From Heterodontus francisci (taxonomy: Eukaryota), in the NCBI RefSeq assembly GCF_036365525.1, contig NC_090402.1:9584009-9648008 (forward strand): a DNA stretch of 64,000 nucleotides, written 5' to 3'. The notes beneath the pieces were generated by a model. It was given only the letters and a program-made list of their open reading frames with translations, was not told the origin of the DNA and did not search any database. Below, piece by piece: positions 39,701-51,056 of the stretch. The position numbers and the translations under genes are program-made. How positions within the stretch are numbered: position 1 is the stretch's first letter; each line of letters opens with the position of its first letter.

Positions 39701-41933
39701 CCAGTGATGTTGACAAAGTGGATTATCGAAAAGCAATATTCATCTTCTTGAGGTAAGTAGGCACCAAGTAACAACCTGCTTCGGGACAGTAGAAATTGGC
39801 AGGATTCCCACTCGTGATCATCAACCAATAAGCCTGGTGAAGAATCATGATATTTCTAAGTATTGGACACAATGGGGCAATTTTAATCTAACCCTCCCAT
39901 CAGGAAACCCATGGGAGTGGGTTTTACACCCTGCCTGCTTCTACTGTCCATCAAAGTCACTTGTGTGCAATTTTGGGCAGGATGTAAAATCACCATTCTA
40001 CCTGATCTTGTGGGATTTCGCCCAGTGAGTTAGGTTAAAATTGTCCCATTGTGGCAGGTTCCAGGAGGAGATTCAATGTAAAAGTTCCATTGTGAAGTAG
40101 AAGAAATGTCTCCTGACTTTAAAAGCCCCTCTTCCTGCCACAGTGTCACAGTGAATTACAGCGAGTCTACAGCACAGATGCAGGCCGTTCAGCCCATCTG
40201 GTCCATGCTGGCATTTGTGCTCCACATGCTTCCTCCCACCCCTCTACATCTCTATCTCTTTCAGAATATCCTACTATTCCTTTCTCCCTCACGTGTTTAT
40301 CCAGCTTCCCATTAAATGCATCTATGCTATTTGCCTCAACTACTCCATGTGGTAGCAAGTTCCAAATTTTGAACACACTTTGGGACTCTTGAATTCCCGG
40401 TTGGAGTGATCTCTCACTTGCTCTTGTTGACCTTGCTGAGGATGACTAATAACACCCGATTCTGTTTTCCCCTGAATAGCAATACTGGTGGCGACAAGAT
40501 AAATGAAATCACCTTGAGCACCTTGATGAGAGGAAAGAAAAGGGAGAGCATTAAACTGAGTCAGCTAGAGGAAGAGCTCTCCCGGATGGTCTTCAACAAG
40601 AACAATAGTAAGTGTGCGTCACTGACAAATGGAGAATAAAATGATGCACAAAAAACCTCAATTGGCAAAACGCATTCTCTCTTTTGTTTCACTTTCACTG
40701 GGGAGATGGTAGCATAGTGGTAATGTGACTGGACTAGTAATCCAGAGGCTCAGGCTAATACCTTGGGGACACAGGTGCAAATCCCACCATGGTAGATGGT
40801 GGAATTTAATTTCAATTAATTAATAAAAATCTAGAATTAAAAGCTAGTAAGGGTGCCCTGGAACTATTGTCGATTGCCATTAAAAGCCATCTGGTTCACA
40901 ATGCCATTTAGGGAAGGAAATCTTCTGGCCTACATGTGACTCCAGCCCCACAGCAATGTGTTTGACTCTGAACTACCCTCTGAAATGGTCTAGCAAGTCA
41001 TTCGGGTCAAGGCCAATGAGGGCTGAGCAACAAATGCTTGCCTTGGGAGTGATGCCCACATCTCATGAAAGAATAGAAAAAGGTTCCCTCACAACTACAG
41101 CCCTGTTCCTGAGTGAACAAATGCCAGCCATTGGATGGACATTTATTTTTGCTTGTAAAACTTATAAAAGATGCCTTTTTTTGATCCAGTACTCAAGAAT
41201 GTATTATAACGTGAAACATAAATTGCCTGGTGAGCCGTGAATGTACTGATTGGGTCCATGGTGACGCAGCAAATTAACCCATGACTAACTGAACTGTATA
41301 GATCAGAGCGAACCTTGGCTTCAGTCTCCAAGGTTTCATTGGTGTGGGTTGGGGGTGGTCTAGGCCTAGCCTCAGCACCAGGGAAAGGGAAAAATCTGTT
41401 GAGCTTCTTGTTTCTGGTCACTAACCAGTGACTCCTGCTGAATCTGCTTGTGTGTAGGGATGGGGTGAGGCTAGGAGCAGGCTGCTAACACTCACTGCCA
41501 AGTCTCACGTAGTCAATGGCCACTTGGGTAATGAGCTGGAGCACAATGAGTATCAGAGTCAATGCCTACAGGAGAGGAGAAAGCTGGCACCGAAGGGAGG
41601 GTACAAAAAATGTACTCACTCTGAAAACGATGAGCAGAATTATCTGTTTTGTTGGTTAGATTAATGTTTTGCAACATTTCTCTTACAGGTGGCTTCTGGC
41701 AGACTCACCTCATCCAAACCAATTTGATTGATCATTTCATTCCCTTCCTACCCCTGGAGTTTAAACATGTTGTGTCATGCGTGAGAGCAGAACTTGTATC
41801 TAGAGGGGTGAACAACAATGAGGACATTGTCACTAAAGTAGCAAGCAGTTTGATCTACTACCCGAAAGAGGAGAAGATGTTGTCAGTGAAAGGCTGTAAG
41901 ACTGTGACCTCCAAAGTGAACCTGTATGTCTAA
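36632..41933 (+). CDS. Torsin gene A: complete divergent torsin-1 family AAA+ ATPase, join(36632..36755,38855..39120,39577..39752,40480..40607,41689..41933), 312 aa
   Basis: Five GT-AG exons total 939 nt in one open frame. Motifs: FGQH, Walker A GDSGTGKN, Walker B FIFDEMDK, sensor-1 [14 protein letters not shown], sensor-2 GCK. Internal exon sizes 266/176/128 and their phases match the TOR1A/TOR1B gene structure. Exact orthology unresolved. Confidence 0.93.
36878..37400 (+). mobile_element. L2 LINE 3' fragment
   Basis: [18 protein letters not shown] motif and L2 tail. Confidence 0.85.
38355..38812 (+). mobile_element. DeuSINE, near full length (duplicated at ~56288-56745)
   Basis: tggctcagttggtagca head through aaggcgctatataaatgcaag tail. 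Confidence 0.85.
38855..39120 (+). CDS. Torsin A exon 2 (Walker A)
   Basis: acag|GATTAGAG to CAG|gtaatt, 266 nt; encodes LFGQHIA...[20 protein letters not shown]. Confidence 0.96.
39577..39752 (+). CDS. Torsin A exon 3 (Walker B)
   Basis: ctgcag|AATCAG to AG|gtaagt, 176 nt; encodes [27 protein letters not shown]. Confidence 0.96.
39874..40048. mobile_element. Short MITE; contains the duplication breakpoint
   Basis: Inverted termini ggggcaattttaatctaac / gttaggttaaaattgtccc. Confidence 0.65.
40480..40607 (+). CDS. Torsin A exon 4
   Basis: aatag|CAATACT to A|gtaagt, 128 nt; encodes [12 protein letters not shown]...GKKRESIKL...VFNKNN. Confidence 0.93.
40700..41080 (+). mobile_element. tRNA-headed SINE-like element
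   Basis: Same family as 25550-25930. Confidence 0.75.
41689..41933 (+). CDS. Torsin A exon 5 (C-terminal, sensor-2 GCK)
   Basis: ttacag|GTGGC; encodes [27 protein letters not shown]...[14 protein letters not shown]. Confidence 0.96.
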
Positions 41934-42219
41934 GCCGGACAATTTACAGCAGGAAGGTTTAACATTATCTCTTTGGTGTGTACAAAACCCCCTGGGACTG
42001 ATTGACCAGGTACGAAACTACTTAAGGCTCTGTTAACTGAACCTCTAAGACGAGATTATTACCTGGCAAATCACAACAAACAAATGTGTTATTGTCAAGT
42101 GCCTTTATGATGGTTAGTACATGGTGCTTTGTGCGCCAAAGGATTACTGATTGTGATGTCTTAATAAGACATAATCGGTAATTGACATTAGAAAATATCT
42201 GGTGACTGTATGATGAGTG

Positions 42220-43296
42220 TAGATGCCGATATCGGTGCCGATTCCTGCTCCCGCCCGGAACTGGAAAACATTATCAACTTTGCTTCTAATTTCCACCCTT
42301 CTCTCACCTTTACATGGTCCATCTCCGACACTTCCCTTCCCTTCCTCGACTTCTCTGTCTCCATCTCTGGGGATAGGCTGACTACTAATATTCATTATAA
42401 GCCCACCGACTCCCACAGCTACCTCGACTACACTTCTTCACACCCTGCCTCCTGTAAGGACTCCATTCCATTCTCCCAGTTTCTCCGTCTCCGACGCATC
42501 TGCTCTGATGATGCTACCTTCCACGATAGTGCTTCTGATACGTCTTCCTTTTTCCTCAACCGAGGATCCCCCCGCCCCACTGTGGTTGACAGGGCCCTCA
42601 ACTGTGTCCGGCCCATTTCCCGCACCTCTATCCTCACCCCTTCCCCTCCCTCCCAGAACCGCAACAGGGTTCCCCTTGTCCTCATTTTCCATCCCACCAG
42701 CCTCCATATCCAAAGGATCATCCTCCGCCATTTCTGCCACCTCCAGTGTGATGCCACTACCAGTCGCATCTTCCCCTCCCTTCCCCTGTCAGCATTCCAA
42801 AGGGATCATTCCCTCCACGACACCCTGGTCCACTCCTCCATTACCCCTACCACCTTGTCCCCTTCTCATGGCACCTTCCCCTGCAATCGCAGGAGGTGCA
42901 ATACCTGCTCATTTACCTCCTCTCTCCTCACAATCCAAGGCCCCAAACACTCCTTTCAGGTGAAGCAGTGATTTACTTGTACATCTTTCAATTTAGTATA
43001 CTGTATTCACAGCTCACATTGTGGTCTCCTCTCCATTGGGGAGACCAAACTCAGATTGGGTAACCGCTTTGCGGAACACCTCCGCTCAGTCCGATAGCAT
43101 GACCCCGAGCTTCCGCTTGCTGTCCATTTCAACACCCCGCTCCCTCCCTGTTCTCATGCTCACACCTCCTGTCCTGGGATTGCTGCAGTGTTCCAGTGAA
43201 CATCACCGCAAGCTTGAGGAACAGCATCTCATTTACCGATTAGGCACACTGCAGCCTGCCGGACTGAACATCGAGTTCAATAATTTCAGAGCATGA
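42220..43296 (+). mobile_element. Penelope-like retroelement, 5'-truncated (RT C-terminus plus GIY-YIG endonuclease)
   Basis: LPFLD...YKPTDSHSYLDYTSSHP...SIPFSQFLRLRRICS; CNRRRCNTC; VYCI...IGET...RFAEH; stops present. Confidence 0.93.
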
Positions 43297-44304
43297 TGGG
43301 CCACCCCCTTTTAGTTTTTTATTTTAAATTATTTTTTTTATTTTTTTTTAAATTTCTCCTCATCTCTGTCTTACAAGGACGACCCCTTATTTTTAAACAG
43401 TGACCCCTAGTTCTAGATTCTCCCACAAGGGGAAACATCCTTTCTACATCCACCCTGTCAAGACCCCTCACGATCTTATATGTTCCTTGATCAAAAAGAT
43501 TGTGAAAGCAAGTATTTAACTGAATTGTCTTGTCACTGGTCACTTCTCGAAGTGGAGCAGATAGGAAAGGTAAAAATGAAGTATCGTAATATCAACTGGC
43601 TGTACTCCAGGAAAAACCCTCCTTGCATAAAGGGTTGTAAAAATGTGGAACGCACTGCCATTAGGCAGTAAGGCCATTGCTGCATAATAATTGGAGGTGT
43701 TTAAAGAGCAGGTAGATACTGGCTTGAGAGGTAGGGATACTCAGGGAGTGCAGATCACTTAGCAAATTGGGATTCAAAAGAGCAAATGCAGTTAACACTG
43801 ATGGAGCAGGTTCAGTGGGCCCAAGACATACTTCTGCACTTCTGAATTTGACCTTTCAATTTGTGGACTTGTGCTCATGATATAAAAAAAACTTTGCTCT
43901 GCGGTGCGGGGGTGAGGGCATAACTTTAACTGTCAACGCTGACTTTCAGCTTATGACTCAAACAGGTCGTGGTTTAGCCTGGGTCAGATTGGGTCAAATT
44001 GGGGCAGTACTTACAATTGTGTCCTGTGATACCTACCTGGACCAGTTCAGGACATTTTTATACGGTCTTGTTCTTTCCCCCAATATGAAAGTGTCAGATG
44101 CACACCATCTGCTTCACAGTAGGACATTACATTTCTCTCTCCCTGGGGCCTGGTAATTAATAGTGCATCGTGGTGCTCACTGATGGTTTTTTCACTATGA
44201 ATCTGCATATAAAAAGATCGTGGTTGACTGAAAATCCCTCAGAACTGCCTGAGCAATGCAATTCCCATCTGGGCTAGTAAGGAAAGGACAGTGATTTAAT
44301 TGGT

Positions 44305-45230
44305 CTGCCTTGCTCAGTCAGTAGCATGCTGGCCTCTGAGTCAGAAAGTTCAAGCTCCGCTTCAGACACTTGAGTGCATTATTCACGCTGACACTTCAAT
44401 GCAGTACTGAGGGAGTGCTGCACTGTCAGAGGGTCAGTACTGAGGGAGTGCTGCACTGTCAGAGGGTCAGTACTGAGGGAGTGCTGCACTGTGGGAGGTA
44501 CCATCTCCTGGATGAGCTGATAAACCAAGACCATGTCTGCCCTCTCTGGTGAATGTAAACTGTTTTGAGGGGAGGCAATGGTGTAGTGATAATATCACTG
44601 GACTAGTAATCCAGAGACCCAGGAAAATACTCTAGGGACATGGGTTCGAATCCCACCATGGCAGATGGTGAAATTTCAATTCAATTAACAAAGCTTGAAT
44701 TTTGAAAAGCTAGTCCAATGGCGACCATTGTCGATTGTTGTAAAAACCCATCTGGTTCACTCATGCCCTTTAGGGAAGGAAATCTGCCGTTCTTACCTGG
44801 TCTGGCCTACATGTGACTCCAGATCCGCAGCAATGTGGTTGACTCTTAAATGCCTTCTGAAAAGGCCTAGCAAGCCATTCAGTTGTATCAAACCGCTACA
44901 GCGGTTCAGAAAGGCAGCTCACCACCACCACCCTCTCAAGGGATGGGCAATAAATGCTGGCCTAGCCACCAACGCCCACATCCCATGAATGAATAAAAAA
45001 AAAATTGTATTGCACTATTTGAAGAAAAGCAGGGAAATCCTCCAGGGTTCCACACAATACTTGTCGCTCAACACCACTAAAAATAAATGATCTGGTTATT
45101 TAGCTCATTGCTGTTTGTGGAACCTTGCTGTGCGCAAATTAGCTGCTCCAGTTCCCAACACAATCTTTACATCATTGGCTGTAAAGTGATTTGGGACATC
45201 CTGGGAACATGAAATGTGCTACGTAAATAC
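44305..45230 (+). mobile_element. DeuSINE with an internal 32-bp triplication (~44403-44493) and a nested SINE/LINE-deletion derivative (44572-45003)
   Basis: agtactgagggagtgctgcactgtcagagggtc x3; nested element with tRNA-like head and poly-A tail. Confidence 0.75.
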
Positions 45231-45471
45231 TGTTTGCGAAAAAAAATTAGGCTTACCTTTGAACTCTTGTTTGAAATGCGATCAAAATCTTGTGTGCATT
45301 ACTGCTGCCAAAAAGAAACGTTTGCTATTTTTCAATTTGCTTAATAAACTTTGATTCATGTTTAGATGAAAAATAAAAATACAATTGCAACTTTTAATAT
45401 AGAAAACTATGCTAATGTACAGTAGACTAAGGCTGCAGTCCTTGTCAAGGTACAAGAAATTTTTTTATCAG

Positions 45472-45545
45472 GGCCTGTTAGCTCAGCTGGTTAGAGTGTG
45501 GTGCTAATAACGCCAAGGTCGTGGGTTCAATCCCCATACAGGCCA
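45472..45545 (+). tRNA. tRNA-Ile (AAT), possibly decaying
   Basis: GGCCTGT/ACAGGCC-A acceptor stem, D arm GCTCAGCTGGTTAGAGT, anticodon arm TGGTG-CTAATAA-CGCCA, T arm GTGGG-TTCAATC-CCCAT. Several CpG-type changes relative to the usual vertebrate Ile-AAT. Confidence 0.88.
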
Positions 45546-45556
45546 ATACTTTGCAT

Positions 45557-45890
45557 GGCACAGTGGCGCAGTGGTTAGCACTGCAGCCTCACAGCTCCAG
45601 CGACCTGGGTTCAGTTCTGGGTACTGCCTGTGTGGAGTTTGCAAGTTCTCCCTGCGACTGTGTGGGTTTCTGCTGGGTGCTCCAGTTTCCTCCCACAGCC
45701 AAAGACTTGCAGGTTGTTAGGTAAATTGGCCATTATAAATTGCCCTTAGTGTAGGTAGGTGGTAGGAGAATGGTGGGGATGTGGTAGGAATATGGGGTTA
45801 ATGTAGGATTAGTATAAATGGGTGGTTGTTGGTCGGCACAGACTCGGTGGGCCGAAGGGCCTGTTTCAGTGCTGTATCTCTAAATAATAA
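45557..45890 (+). mobile_element. HE1-type V-SINE
   Basis: Full head, V-domain and tail; starts 11 bp after tRNA-Ile. Confidence 0.9.
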
Positions 45891-46009
45891 ATAGACACAG
45901 AGTCAAGCACTTTCAAGTTTATTTAGAGATAAATGAAAAGTTAAGTGAGGGATAGCAGCGAAAAGCTGGGAAGTTAAACTTGTTTAGACCCTTTCTTTGA
46001 CGACACTTT

Positions 46010-47095
46010 TGACAGCTGTGCACAATTCTGGTCTCCAATTTATGAAAAGGATACTGACGCATTGGAGAAGGTGCAAAAAGGATTTGCAAGGATGAACATA
46101 GGAACATCGGAAGATAGAATCAGGAGTAGGCCATTCAGCCCCTCGAGCCTGTCCCGCCATTCAATGAGATCATGGCTGATCCGTGGCCTAACTCCATATA
46201 CCTGCCTTTGGCCCATATCCCTTAATATCTTTGCTTAACAAAAATCTATCTATCTCAGAATTAAAATTAACAACTGTTCTAGCTTCAACTGCTGTTTCTG
46301 GGAGAGAGTTCCAATCCTCTACCACCCTTTGCATGAAGAAGTGCTTCCTAACATCTGTCCTGAACGGGTCTGGTCCTAATTTTTAGACTATGCCCCCTAG
46401 TTTTAGAATCTTCAACCAGTGGAAATAGTTTATCTTTATCTAGCCTGTTTTTCCTGTTAATATCTTAAAGACTTCCATCAAATCACCCCTTAACCTTCTA
46501 AATTCTAGCGAAAACAGGCCTAATTTGTGTAATCTCTCCTCGTAACTTAACCCCTGTAGTCCAGGTATCATTCTGATACCAGAACTGAGAAGTTTTAACT
46601 ATCAGGAAAGACTGAACAGGCTGCCTGTCCTTTCTCTAGAAAAGAGAAAACTGAGGGGGGTGACCTGATGGAGGTCTTTAAGATGATAAAAGGGTCTGAT
46701 AAGAATCACGGAATTGTTACAGCACAGAAGGAAGCCATTCAGCCCACCGTCTCTGAGCTGGCTCTCCGAACGAGGAACTTACCTAGTGCCACACCCCCGC
46801 CTTCTCCCTGTACCCCTACACATTCTTCCTTTTCAGATAACAATCCAATTCTCTCTTGAATGTCTTGATTATACCTGCCTCCAGCACATTCTCAAGTAGT
46901 GCATTCCAGATCCTAGCCACTCGCTGCATGAAAAAGGTTTTCCTCTTGTCGCCATTGCTTCTTTTGCCAGTTACCTTAAATCTGTGACCTCTTGTTCTGG
47001 ATCCTTCCACCAATGGGAACAGTTTCTCCCGATCTACTCTGTCCACAGCCCTCATATTTTTGAGCACCTCTATCAAATCTCCTTTCAACCTTCTC
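46010..47095. mobile_element. Nested CR1 3' fragments (both strands)
   Basis: GDLIEVLKNMRAVDRVDREKLFPL...WNAL and related motifs. Confidence 0.85.
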
Positions 47096-47235
47096 TTATT
47101 TATTTATTGAGAGATACAGCACTGAAACAAGCTCTTCGGCCCACCAAGTCTATGCCAACCAACAACCACCCATTTATCCTAACCCTACAGTAATCCCATA
47201 CTGCCTACCACCTACTTACACTAGGGGCAATTTAC

Positions 47236-48800
47236 CTATCCTAGAGTGACAGACTCTTCCACAGGCGCTGCAGATAAAATTGGTTGTCAGGGCTGTTTTG
47301 CAGGTGGCTCTCTCCTTGCGCTTCTGTCTTTTTTCCTGCCAACTGCTAAGTCTCTTCGTCTCGCCACTCTTTAGCCCCACCTTTATGGCTGTCCGCCAGC
47401 TCTGGCGATCACTGGCAACTGGCTCCCACAACTTGTGGTCAACGTCACAGGACTTCATGTCGCGTTTGCAGACGTCTTTGAAGCGGAGACATGGACGGCC
47501 AGTGGGTCCGATACCAGTAACGAGCTCGCTGTACAATGCGTCCTTGGGGATCCTGCCATCTTCCATGTGGCTCACATGGCCAAGCCATGTCAAGCGTCGC
47601 TGGCTCAGTAGGGCGTACATGTGGGGGATATTGGCTGCCTCTAGGACTTCTGCGTTGGAGATACGGTCCTGCCACCTGATGCCAAGGATTCTTCGGAGAC
47701 AGTGAAGATGGAATGCGTTGAGACATCGCTCTTGGCTGACATACGTCGTCCAGGTCTCGCTGCCGTAGAGCAAGGTACTGCGGACACAGGCTTGAAACAC
47801 TTGGTCTTTTGTGTTCCTTGTCAGTGGGCCATTTTCACACACCCTCTTGGCCAGTCTGGACATAGCAGCAGACGCCTTTCCCGTGCGCTTGTTGATTTCT
47901 GCATCGAGAGACAGGTTACTGGTGATAGTTGAGCCTAGGTAGGTGAACGCTTGAACCACTTCCAGAGCGTGGTTGCCGATATTGATGGAGGGAGCATTTC
48001 TGACGTCCTGTCCTATGATGTTCGTTTTCTTGAAACTGATGGTTAGGCCAAATTCGTTACAGGCAGCCGCAAGCCTGTCGATGAGTCTCTGCAGACACTC
48101 TTCAGTGTGGGATGTTAATGCAGCATCATCAGCAAAGAGGAGTTCCCTGATGAGGACTTTCCATACTTTGGTCTTCGCTCTAAGACAGGAAAGGTTGAAC
48201 AACCTGCCATCTGATCTTGTGTGGAGGAAAATTCCTTCTTCTGAAGACTTAAATGCGTCAGAGAGCAGCAGGGAGAAGATCCCAAACAGTGTGGGTGCGA
48301 GAACACAGCCCTGTTTCACACCACTCAGGATAGGAAAGGGGTCTGATGAGGCGACGCTATGCTGAATTGTGCTTTTATATTGTCATGGAACGAGGTGATG
48401 ATACTTAGTAGCTTTGGTGGACATCCCATCTTTGCTAGTAGTCTGAAGAGACCACGTCTGCTGACGAGGTCAAAGGCTTTGGTGAGATCTATGAAGGCAA
48501 CGTAGAGGGGCATCTGTTGTTCATGGCATTTCTCCTGTAGCTGGTGAAGGGAGAACAGCATGTCAATGGTGGATCTCTCTGTTCGAAAGCCACACTGTGC
48601 CTCAAGGTAGACGTGCTCAGCCAGCTTCTGGAGTCTGTTTAAAATGACTGGAGCGAGGGCTTTGCCCAGTATGCTGAGCAGAGAAATTCCACGGTAGTCG
48701 TTGCAGTCACCACGGTCACCCTTGTTCTTATCGAGGGTGATGATGATATTGCCATCGTGCATGTTCTGTGGTACTGCTCCCTCATTCCAGCACAGGCAAA
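47236..48800 (-). mobile_element. RTE-clade LINE, truncated and frameshifted
   Basis: DCNDYRGISLLS...QCGFR...DLTKAFD; KQGCVLAPTLF...LLFADD; C-terminal CSACGRVCHSRIG. Confidence 0.93.
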
Positions 48801-49174
48801 ACCTAAAGGGTGGTGAAAGCACATTCAATAGTAGCTTTCAAAAAGGAATTGGATAAATACTTGAAGGGGGCAAATTTGCAAAGCAGTGGGGAAAGAGCAG
48901 GGGGGAGTGGAGCTAGCTAAATTGCTCTCGCAGAGTGCCAGCAAGGGCTCAACAGGCCGAATGGCCTCCTTCTGTGCTGTAACCATTCTATGGTTCAACA
49001 CAATGGGGAAATAAATTGACCTGAAGATCAAGAATCACCTAAATTGGTTATGAAGAGCCTTTTAGTTTCCCGATTGGCCGTGGGAAGGCGTTGCACTGCG
49101 AGGATGGGTATGTTGGGCACCTGATGGCGGGAGTGTGGAGGGTGTAGGAGGTCATCCAAGAAACTGTGAAGAAT

Positions 49175-49745
49175 ACAACAATAACATATTTATAAAGTGC
49201 CTTTAATGTAATAAAACATCCCATGGTGCTTTCTGGGAGCATTATAAAACAAAGCTACAAACACCAAGCCACAAGAGGAGATATTCGTTCAGGTGACCAA
49301 AAGCTTGGTCTTTAAAGAGGAAAGTGAGGCAGAGGCGGAGAGATTTAGGGAGGGTATTCCAGAGATTCGAGCCGAGGCAACTAGAGGCTCCAATGGTGGA
49401 GCGAGTAAAATCAAGGCTAGAATTAGAGCAGTGCAGATATCTCAGACAGTTGTGGCACTGGAGATTACAGAGATAGGGAGGGGTGAGGCCATGGAGGGAT
49501 TTGAAGACAAGGGTGAGAATTTTAAAATCAAGATGTTGCTTGACTGGGAGCCGATGTAGGTCAGCGAGCACAGGGGTGATAGCAGAACGGGACTTGGTGC
49601 AAGTTAGGACACGGGCAGCAGAGTTTTGGATAATCTCCAGTTTACGGAGGGTAGAATGTGGGAGATGAGCCAGGAGTGCATGGGAATAGTCAAGTCTGGA
49701 AGGTGTGAATGACGGTTTCAGCAGCAGATGAGCTGAGATGGGGTA
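49175..49745 (-). mobile_element. L2 LINE 3' fragment
   Basis: SRLDYSHALL...IQNSAARVLT...ITPVLADLH.LPV...FKIL.LVFKSLHGL.PPYL. Confidence 0.9.
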
Positions 49746-49859
49746 AAGTTGGACCACGTTATGGAAGTGGAAATTGGCCAGCTCCGGTTGGCAATGCTGC
49801 CACCAAGGCAGGTGGAGGTGGCTTCCACCTCACAACTGCCCTGTGGCCCCGCCCTCTAA

Positions 49860-49970
49860 TTTCATATGCCAATATTAACATTGGTTCCTCCCACCTGCCG
49901 CCGCTGTGGCCAATGAGAAGGGACGCTGACAGCGGGGCGGAAGTGGGCTCAGCGTGCGGGGCGGAAGTAG
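49860..49970 (+). promoter_or_regulatory. CpG-rich housekeeping-type promoter of torsin B
   Basis: CCAAT boxes at 49869, 49880 (reverse) and ~49910. Two composite GGGGCGGAAGT (Sp1 + ETS/GABP) motifs at 49934 and 49958, just upstream of ATG 50031. Confidence 0.8.
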
Positions 49971-50030
49971 TTTGTGTTTCCGGTTCCGCTCGAGGGAGGA
50001 TGGGGCGAAGCACTTGTCGCTGGCTGCGTG

Positions 50031-50208
50031 ATGGAGGTTGTCGGCAGCTGCCTGCTGTTCTTGCTCCTCTCTCCGATATTGACGACGGCGCTGGAGCCAT
50101 TAACTACCTTCACCTTACTGGCCGGAGCGGCCTCTGTTGCCTATTATTATTTAAACTGTAATTTCCAGGAATGCTGTACCAAGAAGTGGATACCGCTGAA
50201 TGTGGAAG
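50031..50208 (+). CDS. TOR1A: Torsin B (TOR1A/1B-like) exon 1: signal peptide, hydrophobic domain, CxxxECC
   Basis: MEVVGSCLLFLLLSPILTTA-LEPLTTFTLLAGAASVAYYYLNCNFQECCTKKWIPLNVE resembles the TOR1A N-terminus (VEPIS...CLFAECC). 178 nt, phase-1 donor G|gtacag. TOR1A versus TOR1B orthology is not resolved. Confidence 0.9.
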
Positions 50209-50265
50209 GTACAGGGTCAGGGGTCAGAGCCAGGTACAGGGTCAGGGGTTACAGGCTGACCACGC

Positions 50266-50810
50266 CCCCGACCACACCACGGTCCCCCCCCCCCCCCCCT
50301 CCCGACCTCCCCACGGTCTCTCTCCCCCCCCCCCCCCCGACCTCACCACGGTCTCCCCCCCCCCCTCTCCCGACCTCCCCACGTCCCCCCCCTCCCGACC
50401 TCCCCACGTCCCCCCCCCCCTCCCGACCTCACCACGGTCTCCCCCCCCCCCCCTCTCCCGACCTCCCCACGTCCCCCCCCTCTCCCGACCTCCCCACGTC
50501 CCCCCCCCTCCCGACCTCCCCACGTCCCCCCCCCCTCCCGACCTCACCACGGTCTCCCCCCCCCTCTCCCGACCTCCCCACGTCCCCCCCCCCCTCCCGA
50601 CCTCCCCACGTCCCCCCCCCTCCCGACCTCCCCACGTCCCCCCCCCTCCCGACCTCCCCACGTCCCCCCCCCCTCCCGACCTCCCCACGTCCCCCCCCCC
50701 CTCCCGACCTCCCCACGTCCCCCCCCCCTCCCGACCTCCCCACCTCCCCCCCCCCTCCCGACCTCCCCACGTCCCCGTCCCCCCCCCGACCTCACCACGG
50801 TCCCCCCCCA
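50266..50810 (+). repeat. C-rich minisatellite, ~25-30 bp unit (Cn-tcccgacctccccacgt), ~20 copies
   Basis: Visible tandem units in torsin B intron 1. A short version recurs at 57970-58022. Confidence 0.95.
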
Positions 50811-51016
50811 TGAATGGGGTGAGGGAGTTGGGGAATGGGTGAGTTGGAGAGGGTGTGAGAGAGATGGGAAAGGGGGTGAGGTGGGCTGGGTTGGATGGAG
50901 AGGGGGAATGAGGGAGTTAAGGAGTGGAGGAGGGAGTGGGGTATGATGGAGGTGTGGGACGCCTTTCTCTTCCTCTCTCTCTGGTAGGTTTGTGACTGGG
51001 AGGAGGTGACAGCCCA

Positions 51017-51056
51017 GGAAGTGGACTTAACTTTCGTTTTCTCTTTCTCTTTCACT
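51017..51056. promoter_or_regulatory. Duplicated ETS + ISRE array inside torsin B intron 1
   Basis: Identical to 33141-33180; duplicated donor at 51183/51184. Confidence 0.6.

Noticed and set aside
49750-49930. ER-stress element (ERSE) in the torsin B promoter
   Set aside because: CCAAT boxes are present, but there is no CCAAT-N9-CCACG or ATTGG-N-CCACG match.
50171-50842. Long Pro-rich and Gly/Arg-rich ORFs (extensin- or formin-like)
   Set aside because: Translation of the intronic C-rich VNTR; the real exon ends at the 50208 donor.
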